Part shown: in pieces, positions 17,772 to 26,640 of the stretch
Layout: each line of letters starts with the position of its first letter
How positions within the stretch are numbered: position 1 is the stretch's first letter
NCBI GenBank assembly: GCA_964632485.1
Contig: CAZWDO010000003.1
Span: forward strand, 282,204-316,876
Length of the DNA stretch: 34,673 nucleotides
Direction: 5' to 3'
Source: an uncultured bacterium
GTDB lineage: Bacteria; JAGOEH01
Program-made: the position numbers and the translations under genes
The notes under the pieces: generated by a model
Seen by the model: the letters and a program-made list of their open reading frames with translations, nothing else
Database searches by the model: none
What the model was told of the DNA's origin: nothing

Positions 17772-17800
17772 ATATTAAGTCAAAATCTAAAAAAAAACAA
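17772..17800 (-). promoter_or_regulatory. Putative leaderless promoter for the ferritin-like gene
   Basis: Minus strand TTGTTT (17800-17795), 17 nt, TAATAT (17777-17772), 6 nt to ATG 17765. No SD. Confidence 0.55.
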
Positions 17801-17883
17801 GTGTTTTATTTGTTTCTTTTTTAAGAATGAGCAAATTTTTGTCAAATTTGCGCTTAAAACGCAAATACTTGTTCCTGCAGTCT

Positions 17884-17901
17884 ATTGGGTTTCGCCCCAA
17901 T
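17884..17901 (-). terminator. Hairpin just downstream of the S9 peptidase gene
   Basis: ATTGGG-6nt-CCCAAT inverted repeat 17 nt past the stop. No clear U-tract on the minus strand. Confidence 0.3.
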
Positions 17902-17918
17902 CGTTCTTTTAGAACCTG

Positions 17919-19994
17919 TTATTTTGTCCAGTGATCCATCCAGTCCAGCACGGTATTCCACCATAACTGCGCGTTTAAGGGTTTTACGACGAAATGGTAT
18001 TCATCGGGAAAATAGAGTAGTCGGGAGGGTATGCTCTGTCGTTGCAGGGCGGTAAAGAATTCAAGTCCCTGACCGACGGGCACCCGGTAATCCTGTTCAC
18101 CGTGAACAACCAGTGTCGGTACGCGATAGCGTGTCAGTTCCGCGGCATAAGAGGAAGGCGACCATAATTTATAGAGAGAGTCATTTTCATAAGGGGTGCC
18201 GCCGAATTCCCATTCGGGAAACCAAAGCTCTTCGGTTGCTCCATATTTGGATATCAGGTTATAAACTCCGGCGTGGCTGACCAGCGCTTTAAATTTTTTA
18301 GCTTCGGGATGGACGGCAATCCAGTTGATCATATAACCTCCATAAGAGGCCCCTGCGGCGGCAACCCGCTCGCCTTCGATAAACGGGCAGCGCGCGATCA
18401 CCGAATCAAGACCAAGAATCAAGTCGCGGAATGGCCCGCCACCCCAATCTTGCGATACAGCATCGCAGAATTTTTGGCCATAGCCTTTGGATCCGCGCGG
18501 ATCGACCATCGCCACAACATAACCTCGCGATGCGAACATCTGGTAGTTCCAGCGATAGTGGAACTCATCTTCCCAGCTTCCCTGCGGTCCACCATGGATC
18601 AGATAGACCAGCGGATACTTTTTTTGCGGATCGAAAAACGGGGGTTTTAAAAGATAGCCATGGACCCGCTGCCCGTCAAAGGATGTAAAATAAAAATCTT
18701 CTATCGGATTCATGGCCAGTTGTTTCAATAATTCGGCATTGACTTGGGTAAGTGGCTGGTTTTCCCGGGTTTTTACATGGATCGCATGAATTTCGCTCGG
18801 ATAATTAGAACGCTGATGCTTGACGTAGAAGATTTCCTCCTGGGCATTGAAGCCGATGAGTGAGTTGATGTGGGAATTGAATAGGGTGTCAATTTTCAGA
18901 TTTTGAATATTGATGCGGTAGATCCCGACCTGCCCATGTTTAAGGCTGGTGAAGCAGATAGCTTGGGATTTTGCATTCCAGAAAAGATTGTCTACATCCT
19001 GGTCAAAGCTCAACGTCAGATTCCGTTCGGCGCCGTTTTTGCGATTCTGCAGCACGATATCGTATTGGTCAGCTTCGAAACCTGGACGCGTCATGGCCCT
19101 CCAGGCCAGCCATTTGCCGTCGGGCGAATATTGGGGATTGTTGTCCACGGCCCGATTGCGGGTGATGGGGCGGGGGTTGAACACTTTTTCTCCGGCAAGG
19201 GGGATCGTGACAGCGAAGAGGTCGTTGTTGGTGGAAACGGCGATCGAGCTATCGGAATTGGCGATAAAGGTTAGTTCCCGGCTGCCGGGCGAAAAACAGA
19301 AATCGTCGCCGCTATCCAGATCCAGGGGCGGTGTGTTGATAGCGCCAGGACTTATGTCGCGAAAGCGGGGTCCGGTTTGGTATCGGCTGAGGGGATGGGG
19401 TGTCAGAAACAGATGGGAATAGCTGTCAGTGATCCAACGGTTCCATAGCCGGTAAGGTAGTTGGTCGGCGATTTTGGCCCGGACTTTGCTTGTTTGTATT
19501 TCTTTTGCGCGCTGCACACTGGCTTCCAATGTCTCGCATCCCTGGTAGAGAGGCGCGATAAAGGCCATCCAGTTGCCATCGGGCGACCATTTATAGTCGT
19601 CGGGAGTAACCGGAAGTTTCATTAGCGAAGTTACATTGCCGGTTCGGCTCTCCCATTGATACACAATGCAACTATCTCCTTCCTCGCCCAAAAAAGTGAG
19701 CAGGCCACTCGTCGGAATCCAATGGGGCTGTGAAAGCTCCCCCAGTGTATCAGGAAGGGAGCGCAGTTTGGCTGTTGCTGTTTCGATGATGTGTACTTCT
19801 TGCCTGCCGCTGTTTTGTTCCATGTCGTAGGTGGTGAGTTCATAAGCGATAAATTTAGCATCCGGGGAAAGCTCTGCATCGCCGATGCGTTTTAGGGCCC
19901 ATAGGTCTTCAGGCGTGATGGCTCGGGGATCGGCAGTCGTTACCGGTCCGCCGATCATCATGATAATAGTCAGAATGCAAAATACGCGGTACAT
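17919..19994 (-). CDS. Exported S9-family (dipeptidyl/acylaminoacyl) serine peptidase
   Basis: Signal peptide, beta-propeller repeats (WSPDG, FSPG, YSPDG), IHGGPQ, nucleophile GASYGG, D.RVP and EYH. ATG 19994 has an AAGGAG SD; the ORF-track GTG 20003 overlaps that SD. Confidence 0.94.
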   Translation of the reverse strand: MYRVFCILTIIMMIGGPVTTADPRAITPEDLWALKRIGDAELSPDAKFIAYELTTYDMEQNSGRQEVHIIETATAKLRSLPDTLGELSQPHWIPTSGLLTFLGEEGDSCIVYQWESRTGNVTSLMKLPVTPDDYKWSPDGNWMAFIAPLYQGCETLEASVQRAKEIQTSKVRAKIADQLPYRLWNRWITDSYSHLFLTPHPLSRYQTGPRFRDISPGAINTPPLDLDSGDDFCFSPGSRELTFIANSDSSIAVSTNNDLFAVTIPLAGEKVFNPRPITRNRAVDNNPQYSPDGKWLAWRAMTRPGFEADQYDIVLQNRKNGAERNLTLSFDQDVDNLFWNAKSQAICFTSLKHGQVGIYRINIQNLKIDTLFNSHINSLIGFNAQEEIFYVKHQRSNYPSEIHAIHVKTRENQPLTQVNAELLKQLAMNPIEDFYFTSFDGQRVHGYLLKPPFFDPQKKYPLVYLIHGGPQGSWEDEFHYRWNYQMFASRGYVVAMVDPRGSKGYGQKFCDAVSQDWGGGPFRDLILGLDSVIARCPFIEGERVAAAGASYGGYMINWIAVHPEAKKFKALVSHAGVYNLISKYGATEELWFPEWEFGGTPYENDSLYKLWSPSSYAAELTRYRVPTLVVHGEQDYRVPVGQGLEFFTALQRQSIPSRLLYFPDEYHFVVKPLNAQLWWNTVLDWMDHWTK

Positions 19995-20100
19995 GGGTGT
20001 CACTCCTTATTTAATTTATTGTCATGGGTATTCATATCCCGCAGCTATACCGGACACCGTCGTTCGGCTAGACTGCTCTGCAATGCGGCATCCACAATGG

Positions 20101-22128
20101 TTACTCGGCGATTGTTTGCAGCGCTTTATCCACAGCCTGCAGAAGGGGATCGGCGCTTAATTCCCGTCCAGTGGCTTGTTTCAGCCAGAGTTGGGGCAGG
20201 ATTCGGCCATTTTTGCACATACGTGTCATTTCCTTACCAACCGAACGTCCTTCCAGATACGATTCGATCTGGAACTGGATGAGGTGTCCTAAAGGATAGT
20301 CGGCCAAATAGAGCGGGTAGGCGATCATGTGCGAATAAATCGCCAGGATTGTTTGATCCTGGGAGTTGAATACCGGCGCGTAATATTGGTTCCAGATTTT
20401 TTTCGCAAGCTCCAGCGTGGCGTGTTTCAATTCTTCAGCAGTGGCATGGGGATGCTGATAGAGCCATTGCCAGACATCGATATCCAATAGGGAGACTCCC
20501 ATGATTTCATACACGCTCCAACAAAGCTGTAGAGCGTTCATATTGGTTTGTTGGGCCATGGAGGTGGGCAATCCCAACAGAACCTGGTCACGGTTTTGGA
20601 AAACGAACGCGAAGGCTTCAGTAAATCCGTTAGAGGGAACACCAGATAAAAGATAATGGTCAACCATATTAAGGGAAATAGTTTGCTCGACATTATGGCC
20701 GAATTCATGGGTGGCAATATTGTAGCCCTTATAGGGAAGTCCCTGGGCAGCGAATCGGGTTCTGAGATGCGCCACATCTGAACGCATGCTCGCCCCGGCC
20801 GCATGACCCACACCGCGCGCCGGATCGACGACAATCCGGCTGGCTATACAGTTGGCTGATTCCTCATCGAAATCCAGGGCTTTTAAAATGCGGGGTAAAT
20901 CGTTTTGTAGAGTTTTCGCATCTGGATACCGCTGCGTCGTCAGTTGGTCCAATTCGTTTTCATTGAGTTCGGAACGCGGTTGGAACCCATTATACCAGAT
21001 ATCAAAAGGACGAAGGGTGCGTCCCAGACGCTTTTCAATCAGTTGAGCAATCTTTATTATTTGGGGCGCCGTGAGCAACCGGTGGAAAAGGTCCCGCACT
21101 TCCTGTTCCGTGAATTCCCGTTCCATTAAGAATTTTCGTTCAATAGCGGTAGGATAGTCCGGGTAATATGCATCCAATTCCCTCAAGGCATGAAATTGCG
21201 CCAGTAGAATTTCATAGCGTTGATCTGCTTGATTTTTATTGAGTGGGGGCTGGGGAGGATCAATCAACTGACATATAAAAGGATTCCAGATTATTTTCGG
21301 ATTATTGATTACCTGGGCTGGAATCGTTTGATCAATGATGGCCTGCATGACGGCCATGATCATTTCCTGTCGGGCTAATCCATTTTCATGTTGATATTGA
21401 CTCTTGAGCTCGTCGCGCAATCCCCAATGGGAGATTAGAGACAGATCCGCGGGGAATAGCGATTGATTATCGGAGTTGCGTAAATTGCCTAAATATATAT
21501 TGTAATCGGCGATATATTGATCAGCCTCACTTTGGGCCTGGGCAATCCTTTGATTGCAGGCAGCCGGAACTCTTGCGCGGATCATGTCTCCCAGTCGGGC
21601 ATAGGCCCATTGCTGTCGATCCCATTGACTGCTAAGCTTCTGTTTTTCTATCAGGGGATAAGAGGGGAAGTTCAGCAGTATCCAAAAAGAAATTTTTTGC
21701 GAAAATAAGTCTTCATAAAAGTGGGCAGTAAAATCAGCGCTGCCGATTAGTCGATCAATGGCTTGGATTTCGCCTCGGTCCAGTTCCAGTGGCTCTTTTA
21801 GTGACAATGACATTTTGTTGAAATGCCCGTTGATCGTTTCCAGCGCCGTGGAAATGCGTTCGAAGTTTATCGCCAGTTCAGCGCTGTCGGCAATGAAATG
21901 ATCCAGGCAATAAGTTACAAATAATTCACGAGAGCCGTCACTTTTTTGCCAAAAATTGGCGCATTGAGCCACGCCTTTTTCAATTCGGGCATTGTTTTCC
22001 CGGCCATATTTTTCGATCAAACGGGATTTTGTCTCATTGATTGTCTGAGTGTCAATGAACATGGTCGGTTTCGCCAAGGTTAATGATAATAGGATCAAAT
22101 TGACGAATAGGGTTAACAGGATTCTCAT
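20101..22128 (-). CDS. Exported protein, probable gluzincin-type zinc metallopeptidase
   Basis: Signal peptide MRILLTLFVNLILLSLTLA; ATHEFGHNVE (HExxH) with downstream GFTEAFA and a YSHMIAYPLYLADY segment. SD GGAGG. Confidence 0.72.
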   Translation of the reverse strand: MRILLTLFVNLILLSLTLAKPTMFIDTQTINETKSRLIEKYGRENNARIEKGVAQCANFWQKSDGSRELFVTYCLDHFIADSAELAINFERISTALETINGHFNKMSLSLKEPLELDRGEIQAIDRLIGSADFTAHFYEDLFSQKISFWILLNFPSYPLIEKQKLSSQWDRQQWAYARLGDMIRARVPAACNQRIAQAQSEADQYIADYNIYLGNLRNSDNQSLFPADLSLISHWGLRDELKSQYQHENGLARQEMIMAVMQAIIDQTIPAQVINNPKIIWNPFICQLIDPPQPPLNKNQADQRYEILLAQFHALRELDAYYPDYPTAIERKFLMEREFTEQEVRDLFHRLLTAPQIIKIAQLIEKRLGRTLRPFDIWYNGFQPRSELNENELDQLTTQRYPDAKTLQNDLPRILKALDFDEESANCIASRIVVDPARGVGHAAGASMRSDVAHLRTRFAAQGLPYKGYNIATHEFGHNVEQTISLNMVDHYLLSGVPSNGFTEAFAFVFQNRDQVLLGLPTSMAQQTNMNALQLCWSVYEIMGVSLLDIDVWQWLYQHPHATAEELKHATLELAKKIWNQYYAPVFNSQDQTILAIYSHMIAYPLYLADYPLGHLIQFQIESYLEGRSVGKEMTRMCKNGRILPQLWLKQATGRELSADPLLQAVDKALQTIAE

Positions 22129-24418
22129 TAGTACCTCCCTTGAAATGGTATTGAATAAAATTGAGCAATTCGAGCGTGGATTTTTTTCGCGTCAGAGTTG
22201 TCGGTATCTGTTGGGCGCCGGGTTGCTCTTCCAACGGTCCGACACATGATGGACAGCCATTCAGGCAGTTGCATTCCGTTACAAAACGAATGGCGTGCTC
22301 AACTATTTCTTCGATCATGATGTAGAATTGCCGGGCCAGGCCGATCCCGCCGGGGTAGTTATCATAAAGAATGAGCGAGGGCAATTGAGAAAAAGGGGAA
22401 CGAATCATGGATGTTGTATTGATATCGCACTTGTCGCAAAACAGATAAATAGGAGCCAGCTCACGAAACAGACTGGCGCAACCCAGCAAGGCTTGAGCGC
22501 TATCTCCGGGTTGAATGAGGGAAGCGGGCATTTCGCGCAGGTCAATGCGGCATCCCGAAGTCGGCATGCTGATCTCAGGCAGCGCGATTGTTCCCCAACC
22601 GACATTTTCGAATGTAATGAGTTTGATTTTTTTGAACATGACGGCGATGCGCGTAATGATTAAATCACCAAAATCGATACTAACCGCGCCGAGGGCGCGA
22701 CTCAAGTCGCAGGTAAAATTTTTGATATCTACCTTCTCGTGGGCATCGGTATAGTAATCGCTTTTTACCGGGCGTACAAACGCGCGTTTTTGTTCCCAAT
22801 CCAGTTTTTTGACCTGATATGTGATACTTTCATGAATATAGATCGCTTGATCGTGCAAGAGAACGGGAGCTGAAAAAAAATCGACTTCTCCAATAATGCG
22901 GTTATTGTTTTCTATATCGCAGATTGTCACATTTTCAGGTGAGGCGGACCGCAGATTCACGCCGCGCGCCGGATAGGCCTGATCGCTCCAGAAATAACGG
23001 TTATCGGAAATTGTCAGTAATTGATTTTCGGTCAAATAAGTGAGAATGGGATCGATAGGGCCGTTTCCGAAGGGTTCGCCCGGTGAGAAGGGTAATTCAT
23101 AAGCGGCGCATTTAATATGATCTGTTAAAATAAGTAGATTGTCGGGATTGACGATTCCGGCTTCCGGTGATTGTTGGAAAAGATAATCCGGGTTTTGCAT
23201 TAAATATTGATCCATGGGGGAGGAAGTTGCGATAAATATCATGAGAGAAGTGGCCTGCGCTCGGCCGGCGCGGCCGGCTTGTTGCCATAAGGAGGCAATG
23301 GAGCCGGGATATCCGGTAATGATAGCGGCATCCAATTGGCCGATATCGATGCCTAATTCTAAAGCGTTTGTGGAAACAACGCCGGTAATATCCCCATTCC
23401 GCAACCCTTTTTCGATTTCGCGGCGTTGCAGGGGGAGATATCCTCCCCGATACCCACGGACTTTCCGGGCGTCTTTTCCCAGTTTTCCGCGGAGTTCCGT
23501 CAATAGGATTTCCACCCGCATCCTGCTGCGGGCGAAAATGATGGTCGAGATTCTGTTGGCCAGTAGTTGATGGCCTAATGTGGCCGCTTCATGCACAGCG
23601 GACCGCCGGATTCCTAATTCGCGGTTAATGACTGGGGGGTTGTAGAGAAGGACATGTTTTATTCCGCGGGGCGCTCCATTGCGGTCGATCACCGAGACTT
23701 TTTCTCCGGTAATTTTTTCCGCTAGTTCCCGCGGATTTTTAATGGTTGCTGAACAACAAATGAATTGGAGTTTGCGGCCGTAAAAAGCGGACAATCGCTT
23801 TAAGCGGCGGATAACGTTGGCGACCTGACTGCCGAAAATGCCGCGGTATGCATGCAATTCATCAATGACGATATATTTGACGCACTCAAAAAATTTATTC
23901 CAGATTTCATGGTGGGGGAGAATTCCGTTATGGAGCATGTCCGGATTAGTAATAACGATGTCACCGGCAACCCTGACTGCTTGTCGCGCCGTGTTAGGAG
24001 TATCTCCATCGAATGTGTAGGTGCGTAGAGGCGTCTCAAGAGCATTTATTAATGTGTGCAGTTCATTCATCTGGTCTTGAGCCAAGGCTTTGGTGGGGAA
24101 AAGGTAGAGCGCCCGGGTACCGGGATAGGTCAGCATATAGCTGATGACCGGCAGATTGTAGCATAAGGTTTTTCCGGAAGCCGTCGGTGTGACGACGACA
24201 ACGTTTTCCCCGGCATTAATCCGTTCGTAAGACTCGGATTGGTGCGAATAGAGAGCCGTGATGTTTTTTTTTAGAAGCGCGTGTCGAAGCTGAGGAGGTA
24301 ATGAATTCGGTAAGGGTAGATATTCCGCGGCCCGGGCGGCTATCATTTGCCGGTGGATGATTTTGTTTTTGAATTGATCGTGGTGGAAAAATGTTTCTAA
24401 AAGCTGGTCAAGGTTCAT
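22052..24418 (-). CDS. SF2 DExH helicase with DUF1998 domain (MrfA/YprA/Hrq1-like)
   Basis: LYSHQ, TPTASGKT, PTKALAQDQ, DELH, SAT, ALELGIDIG, QAGRAGR; C-terminal YDNYPGGIG and C..CxCxxGCPSC. Confidence 0.93.
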   Translation of the reverse strand: MNLDQLLETFFHHDQFKNKIIHRQMIAARAAEYLPLPNSLPPQLRHALLKKNITALYSHQSESYERINAGENVVVVTPTASGKTLCYNLPVISYMLTYPGTRALYLFPTKALAQDQMNELHTLINALETPLRTYTFDGDTPNTARQAVRVAGDIVITNPDMLHNGILPHHEIWNKFFECVKYIVIDELHAYRGIFGSQVANVIRRLKRLSAFYGRKLQFICCSATIKNPRELAEKITGEKVSVIDRNGAPRGIKHVLLYNPPVINRELGIRRSAVHEAATLGHQLLANRISTIIFARSRMRVEILLTELRGKLGKDARKVRGYRGGYLPLQRREIEKGLRNGDITGVVSTNALELGIDIGQLDAAIITGYPGSIASLWQQAGRAGRAQATSLMIFIATSSPMDQYLMQNPDYLFQQSPEAGIVNPDNLLILTDHIKCAAYELPFSPGEPFGNGPIDPILTYLTENQLLTISDNRYFWSDQAYPARGVNLRSASPENVTICDIENNNRIIGEVDFFSAPVLLHDQAIYIHESITYQVKKLDWEQKRAFVRPVKSDYYTDAHEKVDIKNFTCDLSRALGAVSIDFGDLIITRIAVMFKKIKLITFENVGWGTIALPEISMPTSGCRIDLREMPASLIQPGDSAQALLGCASLFRELAPIYLFCDKCDINTTSMIRSPFSQLPSLILYDNYPGGIGLARQFYIMIEEIVEHAIRFVTECNCLNGCPSCVGPLEEQPGAQQIPTTLTRKKSTLELLNFIQYHFKGGTNENPVNPIRQFDPIIINLGETDHVH

Positions 24419-25686
24419 TCTACTATAATGAGCTGTTCACGATCGGCTCCGGTGGAAACATAACGAACAGGGATATTTAAAAATTCTTCAATGAAGCGAA
24501 TATAATTACGCGCCGCTTGGGGAAGATCGGCTAAGGAATGAATCTGGGATGTATCCGCTTGCCAACCGGGTAAGTAGTGATAAATGGGCTTTATTTTTTC
24601 ACTGTCAACAGCCGGATAGTAATCCAGAGTGGCATTGTCCAATGTGTATTGGATACAAACACCGATCGAAGTGAAATTATCGAGGACGTCAAGTTTGGTT
24701 AACGCCAACTCCGTGATTCCGTTAATGTTGACAGCATAGCGGGCCGCTACCAGGTCGAGCCATCCGCAACGGCGTGGGCGCCCGGTAGTGGATCCGAATT
24801 CAGCGCCGATTTTACGCAGTTGTTCACCTGTTTCATCCAATAGTTCCGTGGGAAACGGGCCATTCCCTACTCGGGTAGTGTAGGCTTTAAGGATACCCAG
24901 GATCGATTTGATTTTCGTGAAAGGGATGCCAGACCCTTGCGCGGCCCCGGCAGAAACACAATGAGACGACGTGACAAAAGGATAGGTACCAAATTCAATA
25001 TCCAGCATAGTCCCCTGTGCTCCTTCAAGGAGGATGCGACTCTCGTCTTTCAGTTTTTTTTGTATATAGGAATAACTGTCAATGATATATGGTTCATAAT
25101 ATTCAGCCAATGTGAGCAGGTGGTCGTAATAGGCATCAATATCGATGGGTTCTTCTTGATAGAGCGTTTGAAATAGTTCATTATAGTAGGATAAAATTTG
25201 GTTAAGCCTTGCTTTGAGCCCATCCGTATAAAGATCAGCCAAACGCAGTCCCGTGCGGGCATATTTTGCCGCATAAGTCGGTCCGATTCCCCGTCCGGTA
25301 GTCCCGATTTTTTTGTCCAGGCTTTGGCGATTTTCGGACAATTGGTCCAATTTTTTATGGGCCGGAAGGATCAGATGCGCCATGGAGCTGATTTTTAAAC
25401 GCTTGTGGAGCGGTTTTTGTTGGGGAATCAGTTGCTCAATTTCGTGTTTCAGCGTATCCAAATCGATAATGACACCATTACCAATCAGACATTCGACCTG
25501 TGGATGAAGGATGCCGGAAGGAATATGATGAAAGATAAATTTTTCTTTTCCAACTTTAATGGTATGGCCGGCATTAGGCCCCCCCTGAAAGCGTATGATC
25601 AAATCGTGCTGCCGCGCTAAGTGATCGACAATTTTTCCTTTACCTTCATCTCCCCATTGCAACCCAAGCGCTAATAACACGGGCAT
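24415..25686 (-). CDS. purA: Adenylosuccinate synthetase
   Basis: QWGDEGKGK, GGPNAGHT, IGTTGRGIGP, EGAQG, TRVGNGPFPTE, TTGRPRRCGWLD and TKLD motifs. Confidence 0.98.
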   Translation of the reverse strand: MPVLLALGLQWGDEGKGKIVDHLARQHDLIIRFQGGPNAGHTIKVGKEKFIFHHIPSGILHPQVECLIGNGVIIDLDTLKHEIEQLIPQQKPLHKRLKISSMAHLILPAHKKLDQLSENRQSLDKKIGTTGRGIGPTYAAKYARTGLRLADLYTDGLKARLNQILSYYNELFQTLYQEEPIDIDAYYDHLLTLAEYYEPYIIDSYSYIQKKLKDESRILLEGAQGTMLDIEFGTYPFVTSSHCVSAGAAQGSGIPFTKIKSILGILKAYTTRVGNGPFPTELLDETGEQLRKIGAEFGSTTGRPRRCGWLDLVAARYAVNINGITELALTKLDVLDNFTSIGVCIQYTLDNATLDYYPAVDSEKIKPIYHYLPGWQADTSQIHSLADLPQAARNYIRFIEEFLNIPVRYVSTGADREQLIIVE

Positions 25687-25698
25687 AGTATCTCCATT

Positions 25699-26055
25699 CT
25701 ATTGATTGACGGAATCGTTAGTAAGTAAATCCATTGCCTGGCCTTGAGTGTCGGCCAGCGTAAAAATTCTGTCCAGCCGAGTAATCTTCATCATTTTTTG
25801 AACCTGTTCCGAGGCATGGGCGATCACCAAGTGAGTGTCGTGTTGTTTTGCGACGTTCAGCACGTTTATCAAGATTCCGAGTCCTGAGGAATTGACCCAC
25901 TTGACATTTTCGATATCGATAATAAACTTTTTTTGATTTTTTTCGATCTCTTCATGCAGATAATCCAGAATCCGATGACTATCAGGTCCTCCCAGCATTT
26001 TTCCATGGAGGATATAAGTAACGACGTCCTGATTTAAAACACGATCGATTTGCAT
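25699..26055 (-). CDS. STAS-domain anti-sigma factor antagonist
   Basis: 118 aa with IDIENVKWVNSSGLGILI (phosphorylatable Ser motif) and KITRLDRIF. Confidence 0.9.
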   Translation of the reverse strand: MQIDRVLNQDVVTYILHGKMLGGPDSHRILDYLHEEIEKNQKKFIIDIENVKWVNSSGLGILINVLNVAKQHDTHLVIAHASEQVQKMMKITRLDRIFTLADTQGQAMDLLTNDSVNQ

Positions 26056-26058
26056 GGA

Positions 26059-26640
26059 TTACCCCCTGTATTCGAAACCGGTTGTAAAGGCGTTGATATT
26101 GAGTTCGACGAGTTTGGGTTTGACTTTTTGTCGAATCACCTTGAACCACAATTCACTCGGAAATTTTAGTTTTTGGTTTAGAAATCCCAATAGAATCAGA
26201 TTAGCGCTTTTAAGAGACCCGTTTTTTTGCGCCAATGTATGTGCGGCTATGAACTCGTGGCGGATTTTGTTTTCGGCGAGAAAAGATTCAATGTGCTGCG
26301 GATACTCGCTCATTCCCAGAGAAACTGTTGTGGGAATGATTTTTTGCGTATTACTGAGGACAATCCCGTCAGGGGCTAAGAGCGGGAGGAAGCGTAGGCT
26401 TTCACAGTATTCGAAAGAGAGTATATAGTGAGCCTGGGAGAGTCCAATTTTAGGGGCGAATACCCGTTCGCCATAGCGTATTTGGCTGGTAACGGTTCCT
26501 CCGCGTTGCGCCATTCCATGGATTTCGCTTTTTTTAACATCGACATTCATGCGAAGCAGAACTTCGGCGAGAAGCTCTGAGGCCAATAAAATACCCTGGC
26601 CGCCGACTCCTACCATTAAAATATTGGTGATCTCAGGCAT
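26059..26640 (-). CDS. iorB: Indolepyruvate:ferredoxin oxidoreductase beta subunit
   Basis: GVGGQGILL, SEIHGMAQRGGTV and NINAF..G motifs. ATG 26640 with GGAGG SD, overlapping the iorA stop by 8 nt. Confidence 0.93.
   Translation of the reverse strand: MPEITNILMVGVGGQGILLASELLAEVLLRMNVDVKKSEIHGMAQRGGTVTSQIRYGERVFAPKIGLSQAHYILSFEYCESLRFLPLLAPDGIVLSNTQKIIPTTVSLGMSEYPQHIESFLAENKIRHEFIAAHTLAQKNGSLKSANLILLGFLNQKLKFPSELWFKVIRQKVKPKLVELNINAFTTGFEYRG

Noticed and set aside
18273..19422. Cluster of long plus-strand ORFs
   Set aside because: They are antisense to the GC-rich S9 gene, where stop codons are scarce.
22052..24418. Helicase as part of an anti-phage defence system (DISARM/Dpd/Druantia)
   Set aside because: No methylase, nuclease or other defence gene is adjacent, and the neighbours are housekeeping or metabolic genes.
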